NCBI GenBank assembly: GCA_937858655.1
Contig: CALLZE010000194.1
Coordinates: forward strand, 1-50,814
Reading direction: 5' to 3'
Origin: an uncultured Coriobacteriales bacterium
GTDB taxonomy: Bacteria; Actinomycetota; Coriobacteriia; WRKU01; JAENWW01
DNA: 50,814 nucleotides
The first letter of the stretch is position 1, and every line of letters begins with the position of its first letter. The translations under genes and the position numbers were made by a program. This document shows, piece after piece, positions 1 through 9,026 of this stretch. The notes below the pieces were generated by a model, which saw only the letters and a list, made by a program, of their open reading frames with translations, had not been told where the DNA came from and did not search any database.

Positions 1-687
1 AAGTTCTTTGTTCACTTCAATGCGCAAGGCTTGAAATGTTTTCTTAGCAGGATGGCCTCCCGCACGACGTGCCGATGCGGGGATGGCTGCTTTAATGATG
101 TCTACGAGTTCATCACTTTGCGTGATGGCATGACGAGCGCGCGCAGTGCAAATAAACTTGGCAATGCGACTCGCCCACTTTTCTTCACCATATTCCCGAA
201 TAACACGCGTCAGTTCTTTCTCGGAATACGTGGCAAGAATATCTGCCGCGGTAGGTCCGGTTGAGTTCTGATCCATGCGCATATCAAGCGGACCGACGTC
301 TTTAAAGGTGAAGCCGCGCTCCGCGCTATCAATTTGTGGAGACGAAACGCCGAGGTCCATGAATATAGCGTCAGCGTAAGGAATGCGCGCTTTTGAAAGA
401 AGCTCATCAAGCTCTGAGAAATTTCCTTTGAGTAAAATGACTTCTTCATCAGTGCGTTGGTCGAGGTTGAGTGTGATGGTTGCTGCGTGAAGCGCCACGT
501 CATCTTGGTCAATACCAACAAGCGTGCCGCCGGGTGTGATTATGTCCGCAAACCTGCTCGAGTGTCCTGCTCCTCCGAGGGTGCAGTCAACAACAATTGA
601 TCCAGGTTTGAGGGCAAGGTGTTCTAAAACCTCGGCCAACATTACGGGAATGTGCTCGTATTCATCTGTCAAGTTTCGAGTGTTCAT
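1..687 (-). CDS. rsmH: 16S rRNA (cytosine1402-N4)-methyltransferase RsmH/MraW, C-terminally truncated by the window edge
   Basis: Absent from the ORF track because it runs off the window. My minus-strand translation from the ATG at 687 reads MNTRNLTDEYEHIPVMLAEVLEHLALKPGSIVVDCTLGGAGHS...DLGVSSPQIDSAERGF...FQALRIEVNKEL. It is in frame to nt 1, carries the RsmH SAM-binding and DLGVSSxQ motifs, and lies directly downstream of mraZ as in dcw clusters. Confidence 0.9.
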   Translation of the reverse strand, partial: MNTRNLTDEYEHIPVMLAEVLEHLALKPGSIVVDCTLGGAGHSSRFADIITPGGTLVGIDQDDVALHAATITLNLDQRTDEEVILLKGNFSELDELLSKARIPYADAIFMDLGVSSPQIDSAERGFTFKDVGPLDMRMDQNSTGPTAADILATYSEKELTRVIREYGEEKWASRIAKFICTARARHAITQSDELVDIIKAAIPASARRAGGHPAKKTFQALRIEVNKEL

Positions 688-695
688 CTCTGAAC

Positions 696-1127
696 TCACG
701 CGAGGAATCCGGCTGCCACAAGTTCGCTGGCAAGATCTTCAACATCAATGTCGTTAATGTATGCCTCCCAAGCCTCAGGATTCCAAAGTTCAATATGGTC
801 GCCATCACCATTGACGATGACGCCCTTTTCAAGTTCAGCAAATTCACGAAGCAGTTGAGGAACACGGATGCGACCTGCTCCGTCTAATTCAACGGGAGCC
901 GACCCCGACATAAAATAGCGACGCATTTTACGTATACGAGGTTCGATTGATCCTCCTGCAGTGAAATTACTCAAGAACTCTTCGTAGGCAGCTTGTGGGA
1001 AAAGCTGCAAACAATTATCGAAGCCCTTTACGACCACGAGGTCGCCCACGAGATTTTTACGGAAGTTCGCCGGCAGCGATAATCTGCCTTTGACATCAAT
1101 CGTATGTTGATACGTTCCAGTAAACAT
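696..1127 (-). CDS. mraZ: Transcriptional regulator MraZ
   Basis: 143-aa ORF. MFTGTYQHTIDVKGRLSLPANFRK and the second repeat GAGRIRVPQLLRE are the two SpoVT/AbrB-like MraZ half-domains. It precedes rsmH. Confidence 0.95.
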   Translation of the reverse strand: MFTGTYQHTIDVKGRLSLPANFRKNLVGDLVVVKGFDNCLQLFPQAAYEEFLSNFTAGGSIEPRIRKMRRYFMSGSAPVELDGAGRIRVPQLLREFAELEKGVIVNGDGDHIELWNPEAWEAYINDIDVEDLASELVAAGFLA

Positions 1128-1176
1128 CGGGCCTCAAATGTGCTGTGCTCAAATCATGAGCAGGTTCATTAGGCAT

Positions 1177-1260
1177 AGAATACCCCACTTTATCCCCCAA
1201 TACAACACTTTATGGTAAATTCATCCCACTTTAATGGACTTCTACGAACCCCTATCCCAC
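1177..1260 (-). promoter_or_regulatory. Putative mraZ promoter overlapped by MraZ-box-like direct repeats
   Basis: On the minus strand TAAAGTG(G/T)(G/T)G occurs three times (plus-strand CACTTTA at 1186-1192, 1206-1212, 1227-1233; spacing 20 and 21 nt). GTGGGAT also occurs at 1254-1260 and TGGGGGAT at 1192-1199. A possible promoter is TTGTAT (1205-1200) - 17 nt - TATTCT (1182-1177). The repeats resemble published MraZ operators (GTGGG repeats in E. coli, AAAGTG[G/T] repeats in Mollicutes). Confidence 0.45.
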
Positions 1261-1282
1261 CAAGAAATTTTTCGCTTTTAAG

Positions 1283-1311
1283 TTGCGTCTGGTGAAAGGA
1301 CTGGGTAAAAT
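1283..1311 (+). promoter_or_regulatory. Putative sigma-70-type promoter for the small membrane protein gene
   Basis: TTGCGT (1283-1288) - exactly 17 nt - TAAAAT (1306-1311), about 34 nt upstream of the ATG at 1345. Confidence 0.5.
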
Positions 1312-1344
1312 GAAAGGCAGATTAACACTACTCGGAGGTATACT

Positions 1345-1560
1345 ATGACCAAATGGATGTTCTCGGATAACGTACCAGTCGTAATGAACAACTTCTTCTA
1401 CTTTGTTTTCATTGCATTGGTTATCATTGCTGTAGCTTTTGGTATCTATGCAGCTAAAGCAGCAAAGAATGCTGAGCAGTATATGCCAACTGACCCAGAG
1501 TTTGAAGCTTGGAAAGCTGAGAAGGAAGCCGAGAAGGCTTCAAAGAAAGCTGCTAAGTAG
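1345..1560 (+). CDS. Small (71 aa) single-pass membrane protein, function unknown
   Basis: GGAGG at 1334-1338 lies 6 nt before the ATG. It has one hydrophobic helix (FFYFVFIALVIIAVAFGIYAA) followed by a Lys/Glu/Ala-rich tail. It is flanked by its own promoter-like and terminator-like elements. I recognise no family. Confidence 0.6.
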   Translation: MTKWMFSDNVPVVMNNFFYFVFIALVIIAVAFGIYAAKAAKNAEQYMPTDPEFEAWKAEKEAEKASKKAAK

Positions 1561-1600
1561 TTTCAGTTTTTTACTGCCTCAGAGTTTATCTAATACACTG

Positions 1601-1629
1601 AAAATCCCCGTTTATACGGGGATTTTTTA
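1601..1629. terminator. Rho-independent terminator, probably bidirectional (small ORF on + and xerD on -)
   Basis: Stem ATCCCCG (1604-1610) / CGGGGAT (1617-1623), loop TTTATA. An A-run lies upstream and TTTTTT (1623-1628) downstream, so a U-tract follows the stem on either strand. Confidence 0.8.
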
Positions 1630-1691
1630 TATATGCCTATAAATCTCGCAAAGTCTCGCGCATAAGTATGGACCTCACGCCGAGCGCATAG

Positions 1692-2654
1692 TTATCGTTT
1701 ACGGGCGCGTGGGTGCTTCAGCAAATACTCTTCGCGCATATAGCTTTGATCAACATGCGTGTAAATTTGAGTCGTGGAAAGATCTGAGTGGCCAAGCAGC
1801 TCCTGAAGCGAACGCAAGTCTGCCCCACCCTCAAGCATATGCGTCGCGTACGAGTGTCGAAGAGTGTGCGGATGCAGGTTCTCGATACCCACGCTCTCTC
1901 CTGCACTCTTCACCATACGAAAGACAATTTCGCGCGCAAGAGGATTTCCGCGCGACGATAGAAATACTTTTGAGCTCACTGGTGCAAGTTTCTTTTTGGG
2001 GTGAAGCTTGTCTCGCCCCCGCGCTAAATAATCTTTGAGAGCTCGAGCCGCCGAACTACCCAGTGGCGCGATGCGTTCTTTTGAGCCTTTTCCAAAGACA
2101 CGCAACACGCCTTCTTCGAAAAGAACATCCATCAATTCAAGATTGCACAACTCACTCACACGCAATCCACATCCATACAGCACCTCAAGAATGGCGCGGT
2201 CACGAAGCGATGCGGGATCGTGACGCTCATCAAATTGCTCAATAAGGGCATCAATACGCTCGACCGAGATAATATCAGGCAGGCGTGAAGGATGCTTAAA
2301 ACGAGGAAGGCTGTCGGCTGGGTGCACCGAGCACAGACTCTCGGAAAGCAGGAACTTATGAAAGCCTTTAACGCTTGCAATTTTTTGGTCAACTGACGTT
2401 GCGGCATATCCTTCGTTGCGCAGGTGCGCAATATAGGCAAGCACATCGTCTTTTGTGATTTCCTGAAGCGATTGAAGTGCGCGATCATCATGCATGAACA
2501 GCAGGTACTGCGTGAGATTTCGCTTATACGCCGCTACGGTATGGGCAGACATCCCCCGCTCAACTGAAAGATAAGCAGTGTATTCAAGCAAAAAAGCAGA
2601 GAAAGGGATTTCCTCTGCTTTCAGCGTTGAATTTTTGTCTTTTGCGACTGACAT
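1692..2654 (-). CDS. xerD: Tyrosine recombinase XerD (chromosome dimer resolution)
   Basis: The SAM-like N-domain (FLLEYTAYLSVERGMSAHTVAAYKRNL) and catalytic C-domain (HPHTLRHSYATHMLEGGADLRSLQELLGHSDLSTTQIYTHV) contain the R..HxxR..Y signature. I place the start at MSVAKDK (2654) because the upstream gene stops at 2659. The track ORF extends to 2747. Confidence 0.9.
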   Translation of the reverse strand: MSVAKDKNSTLKAEEIPFSAFLLEYTAYLSVERGMSAHTVAAYKRNLTQYLLFMHDDRALQSLQEITKDDVLAYIAHLRNEGYAATSVDQKIASVKGFHKFLLSESLCSVHPADSLPRFKHPSRLPDIISVERIDALIEQFDERHDPASLRDRAILEVLYGCGLRVSELCNLELMDVLFEEGVLRVFGKGSKERIAPLGSSAARALKDYLARGRDKLHPKKKLAPVSSKVFLSSRGNPLAREIVFRMVKSAGESVGIENLHPHTLRHSYATHMLEGGADLRSLQELLGHSDLSTTQIYTHVDQSYMREEYLLKHPRARKR

Positions 2655-2658
2655 ATCG

Positions 2659-3786
2659 CTATACTTCTCTTTCAGACGCAACTTGCGCCGCGAGAGCACC
2701 TGCCGCGAATGCAGCCTCAAAGAAGACCGGATCCTCATCATAACCACGACGCATCGTTGTTACGCGCAGCCCCTTAAGAGCGGCTTCATCATACACGCTT
2801 TCTTCAAGTTGAACAGCCTCGTGTCCACATGAATTCACAAATTGCGACAACTTTTCATTGAGCAATGCTGCTTGTTCCCCATCCTCAAGATGAGGGAGTG
2901 CCACAAGAGCTTTTGTAAGCGCGACATTTTCGAGTGCGGCCATAGTGTGGTGACTGATAACACGATGCCGTTCACGCTCATCGGCAAACGACATGCGCAC
3001 GCACGCGATAGGCAGACCCTCAAGAGCGCCTACAGCATTAATAGCTTCGCCTTGCGCTACGCCACCATGCCCAAACGGTGTGCCCGTTCCAGCGACGCCT
3101 GGCCCGATGGCCACAATAAGCACGTCGCAGCCTCCCACATGGCAAGCCGCAAGCATGCCTGAGTGAACATTAATCGCCTCGTAGTCTCCACCAAACGCTT
3201 GGCCCGTCGCGACCGTCACATCTATGAGGCCCTTTTCTTTTGCCTGAGAAACAATCTGAGAAAAATCGAGAGAAAGCGCCGCTTGATCAGTCATCACATA
3301 ACCCACGCGCAAATGAGGCGCACGCGCTTTTATGGCTGCCGCAACAAGGGGCACTTGGCTGTGGAGTCCGCAGCAGACAACGGGAATATGATCGAGGTCA
3401 ACGGCTCGCTCCATAGTGCGGTGCCACGGCGACTCTTGCGACTCAACGCTCAACACATCACGCTGCATTGGAGTATAGCGCAGCTTCATAATGTGACCGC
3501 CGTGAGGGCTTGGCGCGTCAAACGCGACACCACGTGCCTCCTGCCCAGCCGCAACGCGCGCGACAACAAAATGCTTGCCACCCGTGCCGAGCGCAAGTTC
3601 CACAGCAGTAGTGTTCAGCAATACCCTATCGTTTTCGTGAACCTCACCCACTAAATCACTATAGACGACAGCGCTCCCTTGCGTGCCATCATCGAGCAAA
3701 CAAGAGCACTCGAATACCTTTGGTATCGAGTGCTCAGTGCTGTGTGTTAATTGAGAAGTGAGTACGGTTGCCCAAACCAGCTTCAT
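2659..3786 (-). CDS. Conserved hypothetical protein (possibly DUF3866 family)
   Basis: A 375-aa uninterrupted ORF, tightly packed between pyrG and xerD, with soluble, globular-looking composition. The family assignment comes only from my memory of similar sequences and is not verified. Confidence 0.55.
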   Translation of the reverse strand: MKLVWATVLTSQLTHSTEHSIPKVFECSCLLDDGTQGSAVVYSDLVGEVHENDRVLLNTTAVELALGTGGKHFVVARVAAGQEARGVAFDAPSPHGGHIMKLRYTPMQRDVLSVESQESPWHRTMERAVDLDHIPVVCCGLHSQVPLVAAAIKARAPHLRVGYVMTDQAALSLDFSQIVSQAKEKGLIDVTVATGQAFGGDYEAINVHSGMLAACHVGGCDVLIVAIGPGVAGTGTPFGHGGVAQGEAINAVGALEGLPIACVRMSFADERERHRVISHHTMAALENVALTKALVALPHLEDGEQAALLNEKLSQFVNSCGHEAVQLEESVYDEAALKGLRVTTMRRGYDEDPVFFEAAFAAGALAAQVASEREV

Positions 3787-3816
3787 GAAGCCACCAACCT
3801 TTTCCCTCTGAGGCGC

Positions 3817-5430
3817 TTAAGCGCGCGCATCCTTGTGTGCTACTGCAGCGCCAATGAAGTCCCTGAAGAGAGGAGCAGGACGAGTTGGGCGGCTCTTGAA
3901 CTCAGGGTGGCCCTGGTTTCCAACAAACCAAGGGTGATCCTCGAGCTCGACCATCTCAACAAGTGAGCCATCAGGTGATACACCTGAGATAATGAGACCA
4001 GCAGCCTCAAGTTGCTCACGATAATCATTATTAACCTCAAAGCGATGACGATGACGCTCGGCAATATCTTCTGAGCCATATGCCGCGAATGCCTTAGTTC
4101 CTGGCTTTACTTTGCAGGGATATGAACCGAGGCGCATGGTACCACCCATGTCTTTTACGCCCTCTTGTGTATGCATCAAGTCGATAACGGGGTATGGGGT
4201 AGCAGGATCAAACTCGACTGAATTCGCTCCCTCAAGACCTGCAACATTGCGCGCAAATTCCGCAACAGCCATTTGCATGCCAAGACAGATACCAAAATAG
4301 GGCACCTTATTCTCGCGAGCATACTGAGCTGCCGCCATCTTGCCTTCTGAACCTCGGCTACCAAAACCACCGGGAACCAAGATTCCGTCAAAAGCGCCAA
4401 GTTCTCGTGCCACTTCATCAGGAGTAATATTCTCTGAATCAACCCACTCCACCTCAACGCTGTGTCCATGGAAGACACCTGCATGCGTGAGTGCCTCATG
4501 GACTGAAAGATAAGCATCGGGGAGCGATACGTACTTGCCCACGAGCGCAATTTTTACGGTTGGCTTCTTGGCAAGTGAACGCTCAACATATGAGTCCCAC
4601 TCAGCCAACTCTAACTCGCCAGCCTCCATGCCAAGACGGTCGAGAACCTTCTCGTCGAAGCCCTGCTTGCGCAGCGCCTCAGGAATAGCATAAATTGAAG
4701 GCGCATCAAGAGCCGAAAGCACTGAATCGTTTTCAACATCGCAGAACAGCGCGATTTTGCGAATAATGTCTTCATTCAGCTCGCGCTCTGAGCGACACAC
4801 GATAAAGTCAGGCAAAACTCCGATTGAGCGAAGCTCCTGAACAGAGTGCTGCGTTGGCTTGGTTTTAAGTTCTTTAGATGCTTGCAAGAAAGGTACGAGG
4901 GTTACATGAATGTAGCAAACATTTTCGCGGCCCTTATCCTTGCGCATCTGGCGAATCGCCTCAATAAAAGGCAGCGACTCAATGTCGCCAACGGTTCCGC
5001 CAACCTCAGTAATGACAACATCAGCGCCCGACTCTTCGGCCAAGCGATTTATGCGGCCTTTGATTTCGTTAGTCACATGAGGGATAACCTGAACCGTGCC
5101 GCCCAAAAAGTCGCCATGGCGCTCTTTGTTGATGAGCGTTTGATACACAGAACCAGCCGTCACATTACAATCACGACGGAGAGACTCATCAATAAAGCGC
5201 TCATAGTGACCAAGGTCGAGGTCCGTTTCAGCACCATCATCGGTTACGAAAACCTCACCGTGCTGGAAAGGGCTCATCGTACCAGGGTCGACGTTGAGAT
5301 AGGGGTCAAGCTTCTGGAGAACAACATTGAGACCACGCGATTTAAGCAGACGTCCCAAAGATGCCGCAGTAATTCCTTTACCGAGTGAAGAAACTACTCC
5401 TCCAGTTACAAAGATGTGCTTAGTCGCCAT
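3817..5430 (-). CDS. pyrG: CTP synthase
   Basis: N-terminus [20 protein letters not shown]. The synthetase domain is followed by a type-1 glutamine amidotransferase with the GICLGMQ nucleophile elbow and HPEF. Length is 537 aa. Confidence 0.97.
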   Translation of the reverse strand: MATKHIFVTGGVVSSLGKGITAASLGRLLKSRGLNVVLQKLDPYLNVDPGTMSPFQHGEVFVTDDGAETDLDLGHYERFIDESLRRDCNVTAGSVYQTLINKERHGDFLGGTVQVIPHVTNEIKGRINRLAEESGADVVITEVGGTVGDIESLPFIEAIRQMRKDKGRENVCYIHVTLVPFLQASKELKTKPTQHSVQELRSIGVLPDFIVCRSERELNEDIIRKIALFCDVENDSVLSALDAPSIYAIPEALRKQGFDEKVLDRLGMEAGELELAEWDSYVERSLAKKPTVKIALVGKYVSLPDAYLSVHEALTHAGVFHGHSVEVEWVDSENITPDEVARELGAFDGILVPGGFGSRGSEGKMAAAQYARENKVPYFGICLGMQMAVAEFARNVAGLEGANSVEFDPATPYPVIDLMHTQEGVKDMGGTMRLGSYPCKVKPGTKAFAAYGSEDIAERHRHRFEVNNDYREQLEAAGLIISGVSPDGSLVEMVELEDHPWFVGNQGHPEFKSRPTRPAPLFRDFIGAAVAHKDARA

Positions 5431-5501
5431 AGCTGCTCAAAGTCTCCTTAAAAATTGTTGTTCTCTACATAAATAAAGCCCTCAAGGAATTACCATGAGG
5501 A

Positions 5502-6452
5502 CTATTTTTTCTTGCCCTTATCAAGTCTACCAAGATTATCGACTTTTGAGAGAAATTTGTTGTTCGAAATCAGTTGAGAAAAGGAAAATTTCTCGCTCGC
5601 GAGATTCAGGAGCAGCATGAAAAAGACATATACTGCCAGCGCGATATAGTGTGAACCACAACTGAAAACGATAAGGCATCCCGCTAAGACGCCAAAGGGA
5701 TTGGCGCCCGTGTCACCGAGCATGCCGAGTTCGCGCAAATCATAGCCGAAAATTGCTCCCAAAGGAATTAGCACAATCAAAGCGCTCAAAAGCGCAACGG
5801 GCAGATCGTTGGTGAATCCGACGATAATGAGTCCGATGATAGCCAACAAAAAGTATGCTTTGAGCGCGCGCCCTGGACGTAAATCGCAAAGATTTAAAAA
5901 GTTGCTCGTGAGAGCAATGCCCGCACCAGCAAGAAGGCCATATCCGGCTGCGGGGAGAAGCGTCTTCATCGTCATCACACTCGATTGCCCCACACCGTAC
6001 AGCACCATGCCGTTAGTTGTGGGAGCCATCATCATGGCCACCAAAAAAGCGGCAGCAGAAATACCGAACAACTTGAGGCCACCGGTAGTAAGTTTGCCGC
6101 TGAGCAACGACTTAATGTGTCCCTTAAATCCGCGCGAGGCACTTGATCCGTACACATCATCAACAAAGCCAAGGACCATCGAAATGAGAATCAAAATCAC
6201 AACAGGCAGCTGTGCAACAGGGCACAGCGACAAGATTGTATTCTTCAAAAACACGTGTAATGTGAGCATGCCAAGCGCGAAAAAGAGCCATACGAGGCCG
6301 AGGCCATACGCGACGGTGCGCCCCGCAAAATTTTGAGCTTGGGCAGCGGGTGCTTCACGAAGTGCTGGGAAAACAAGGCGCATACCGGCGAAACAGCACA
6401 CCCCTAAAATAAGAGTTGTAATAAGCGCAACAAGTAACGCTGAACTACTCAC
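5502..6452 (-). CDS. Polytopic membrane protein of the MraY/WecA (polyprenyl-phosphate N-acetylhexosamine-1-phosphate transferase, GT4) superfamily, divergent
   Basis: About 10 hydrophobic segments. GFVDDVYG, NFLNLCDLRPGRA (compare NxxNxxDGxDGL) and LGDTGANPFG (compare MGDTGS..LG) match the three cytoplasmic-loop motifs of this superfamily, but the DGxDG box is altered. The start ATGAGTAG overlaps the stop of the upstream 788-aa gene. Confidence 0.6.
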   Translation of the reverse strand: MSSSALLVALITTLILGVCCFAGMRLVFPALREAPAAQAQNFAGRTVAYGLGLVWLFFALGMLTLHVFLKNTILSLCPVAQLPVVILILISMVLGFVDDVYGSSASRGFKGHIKSLLSGKLTTGGLKLFGISAAAFLVAMMMAPTTNGMVLYGVGQSSVMTMKTLLPAAGYGLLAGAGIALTSNFLNLCDLRPGRALKAYFLLAIIGLIIVGFTNDLPVALLSALIVLIPLGAIFGYDLRELGMLGDTGANPFGVLAGCLIVFSCGSHYIALAVYVFFMLLLNLASEKFSFSQLISNNKFLSKVDNLGRLDKGKKK

Positions 6453-8811
6453 CCTTTGTCGACCTCTTTCCTACCACCAAATCAAGCATGAGCCAAACAA
6501 TACCGCATCCCAAATAGAGCACCATGAGCGCCGGGAGCACAACGCCCGAATCCTCAGTGAAGTACGCCACGGCACCCGACACAAGAATCGTCGTCATCCC
6601 TGAGCCAAAGTACGGGTTCTTGTTGAGCGTTATCGCAAACTCGCCCGCTGGTCGCCAGCGCATAAGGCTCAAAAACGCGATAACGGCAAGCAGAATCCAT
6701 ACGAGATTAGTGTGCGTTAGAACGCGGAAATTCGTTGTGACCTTTCGGACGATAATATCCCAAAGCTGCACGATGCCGCCCTGCTCCGCCGAATTGACCG
6801 CGCGCGCAAGATGGGTTTCTTGTCCCGAGCCAAACTTATCCAATGCAATAAACATACCCACAACGAGCACTACAATTAAAAACATAAGGACAATGCTCTT
6901 CCATGTGAGCTTTTTTTCATTCACAAGGAACCAGAGCAGCACAAAGCCAACCGTTGCCCACGCCGCAACACCAACGTTTGCACCCAGCATAGGAGCAGCG
7001 GAGACAAACATAGTAATAAAGCCAATAAGAGGGATACCCCATTTTTTAAGGAAAGGCACCCACCGAGCCGTTGGCCACTGGTCAAGCGTCATCACGATGC
7101 CAATAACAACAGCGCCAAAGAGAACAGCTGCGCCCTCATTTCCGATGCCATAAAAACGAGCTGCGGCAATAGGTGAATACCCAAAGAAACTAGTAAATGA
7201 CGCTGGCGCGCCAAGCAGTTGGTCAACCAAAATTACCAGAGAGGTCACACCCGAAAGGAAGATAAGTGGAACACGCGAGCCAAAGCGCCATGAGAGCGCA
7301 AGAGTAAGTAACCACAGCCCTGCCGCGACTACGAGAAGTTGAGCAGTAACCTGCAAAGGTGAGCCAGGCCAACGATAAATCAGGAACATGAGCCAACTCG
7401 ATGCTGGAACACTCAACACCGCTAAAATGAGCAAACGTATGGCGCGTCGGACCGCTGTTTTTGTACCCTCTCCCCAATGCTTAGGAGCACGAATAATGAC
7501 GATTGCTCCGAACACGAGAATCAATACCGTCAAAACAATAAAAGTGTTGAGGACAATGGGGCGGTTATTCTCAATAGAAACCGCCGTCTTATTCATCTTC
7601 TTCAGCAGGTCGATGCGATGCGCGGAACTGTCTTTCTCATCGCCCACTACGTTCACAGAATAGTGCGTTGTCGACTCCATCGAAGAGCCAAGCACTTCAA
7701 CGGGTTGCTGAATGTTTAAGACATCGAGAATGGTCGCCGAGAGGTCAAGGTTGGTCACAAGGCCCGCGCGCTGTGTTGAATCTGACGTGAGCAAACCAGT
7801 CTTAATGTTTGATATGACAATCGGTCCAAAGCCCTCTGAATCGACCTCTTTGTCCTTAGAAGCTTGAGCGGCAAGAATGACTGTGTCGTTTGGATAAAGA
7901 CTGCGAGCCATCTCATACATGTCATCAAGTTGAGAGAGAGCGTCGTTCCAGTTTTTCTCCGATACCTTATCAGTCACGACAGAATTGTAGTTATAGGCTC
8001 GATAAAGGTCGCCCGAATCGAGCACAACGAGACCAGGCTTATCGGCTGGCATCTGTTTTCGAATATTCTCTAATGATTTTGTCAGTTTTTGAATGTCGGT
8101 CGACACGCCATAGGGCGCCTGGCCGTCGCGCTTCAGCACTGACTCAGAGATGTCACCATAATCAACAACGCCCTTTTCATCCATCGCCGCAAGTGCCGCG
8201 GGACGAGCAAGACGTAGCGTCGTATCAGTAGAGTAGCCCAGGTCAGAGTTACCAAGCGCAGCGGTATAGCCGCCCGCCTTTTTAATTGTTGAGCCCAAAA
8301 GACCAGGAATCGCGTTGAACGTATTCTCGGCGTTAGCATTGATAATTCGTGGCAAGCCAAGATACACAATCGATTGGCTTTCGAGAGAGTTGCCCGTAAG
8401 ACGATTGTAAGCCTGAGCCGCGGTATCGAAATCAACCCGCTCATCGACGTTATAGGCAGAGAATGCGAGGTTATCAACTTTTGCCCACGCTCCCGCAGAA
8501 ACCGTCAACGCTCCCTCAGTAATTGAGGGCTCTCCGCTGTCCTCCTTGGCGCGCGAGCGTGCGTTGATGTCACCAACAGCACCCTTCTCCGCGGCACGAT
8601 ATATCGCCGGTGTTGTCTGGGGCGTAATGTCATCCCACGTTAAAAAGGGAGCAAGAATGAGAATAACTTTTGATGAAGCGACAGGCTGCCCAAAATCCTG
8701 AGTTTTTTTGTTCGTTTCAGCGTAAGCCGAAGACAAAAGCGCAAACATAAGAACGCTTACAAGGACAAATAAGGTGAGTGTTCTAGTGAGTTTTTTCATG
8801 AGTATCATCAT
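6445..8811 (-). CDS. Large envelope protein: signal peptide + ~400-aa extracytoplasmic domain + ~11-TM C-terminal domain, function unknown
   Basis: Signal peptide KKLTRTLTLFVLVSVLMFALLSSAYA-ET. The soluble domain ends with LVTNLDLSATILDVLNI, reminiscent of the D..PT(I/L)L motif at the end of alkaline-phosphatase/sulfatase-fold domains. It is followed by many hydrophobic helices. It is translationally coupled to the MraY/WecA-like gene. Confidence 0.6.
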   Translation of the reverse strand: MMILMKKLTRTLTLFVLVSVLMFALLSSAYAETNKKTQDFGQPVASSKVILILAPFLTWDDITPQTTPAIYRAAEKGAVGDINARSRAKEDSGEPSITEGALTVSAGAWAKVDNLAFSAYNVDERVDFDTAAQAYNRLTGNSLESQSIVYLGLPRIINANAENTFNAIPGLLGSTIKKAGGYTAALGNSDLGYSTDTTLRLARPAALAAMDEKGVVDYGDISESVLKRDGQAPYGVSTDIQKLTKSLENIRKQMPADKPGLVVLDSGDLYRAYNYNSVVTDKVSEKNWNDALSQLDDMYEMARSLYPNDTVILAAQASKDKEVDSEGFGPIVISNIKTGLLTSDSTQRAGLVTNLDLSATILDVLNIQQPVEVLGSSMESTTHYSVNVVGDEKDSSAHRIDLLKKMNKTAVSIENNRPIVLNTFIVLTVLILVFGAIVIIRAPKHWGEGTKTAVRRAIRLLILAVLSVPASSWLMFLIYRWPGSPLQVTAQLLVVAAGLWLLTLALSWRFGSRVPLIFLSGVTSLVILVDQLLGAPASFTSFFGYSPIAAARFYGIGNEGAAVLFGAVVIGIVMTLDQWPTARWVPFLKKWGIPLIGFITMFVSAAPMLGANVGVAAWATVGFVLLWFLVNEKKLTWKSIVLMFLIVVLVVGMFIALDKFGSGQETHLARAVNSAEQGGIVQLWDIIVRKVTTNFRVLTHTNLVWILLAVIAFLSLMRWRPAGEFAITLNKNPYFGSGMTTILVSGAVAYFTEDSGVVLPALMVLYLGCGIVWLMLDLVVGKRSTKGE

Positions 8812-9026
8812 ACCTTATTGCTGACTTTTAATCACACCAGAGCACCATTAAGATACAATAGATACACACTACAGAGCTATCATCGCTCACATTTCATCCC
8901 CTAAGGAGATACACCATTACCGAATCTATTACCATAGAAGACCAAACGCTTGGCGGAGACGAAGCGCTTGTCGTTGAGGAAAGCGGCGGAGCGAACAAAC
9001 CACCCGTAGCGCGCTCGACCGCCATT

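Noticed and set aside
210-521. 103-aa minus-strand ORF from the track at the window start
   Set aside because: It lies inside the rsmH coding region in a different frame. The rsmH frame gives textbook motifs over all 229 codons, whereas this ORF has no recognisable features.
1692-2654. Tyrosine recombinase as a marker of an integrated mobile element
   Set aside because: It has XerD-type sequence and sits in the conserved pyrG...xerD chromosomal context. There is no flanking tRNA, direct repeat, or phage/IS gene.
3163-5388. Plus-strand ORFs of 163 aa (3163-3654) and 180 aa (4846-5388)
   Set aside because: They are antisense to the DUF3866-like gene and to pyrG, which are well supported, and show no independent signals.
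5480-5500. Short hairpin (CCTCA-N11-TGAGG) after the MraY/WecA-like gene
   Set aside because: It has only 5 bp with an 11-nt loop, and the plus-strand T-run is actually the Lys codons at the gene's end. This is too weak to call a terminator.
5809-7153. Plus-strand ORFs of 175 aa (5809-6336) and 209 aa (6524-7153)
   Set aside because: They are antisense to the two membrane-protein genes. Their Pro/Arg/Thr/Ser-rich composition is typical of the reverse frame of hydrophobic coding sequence. Neither has an SD or any motifs.
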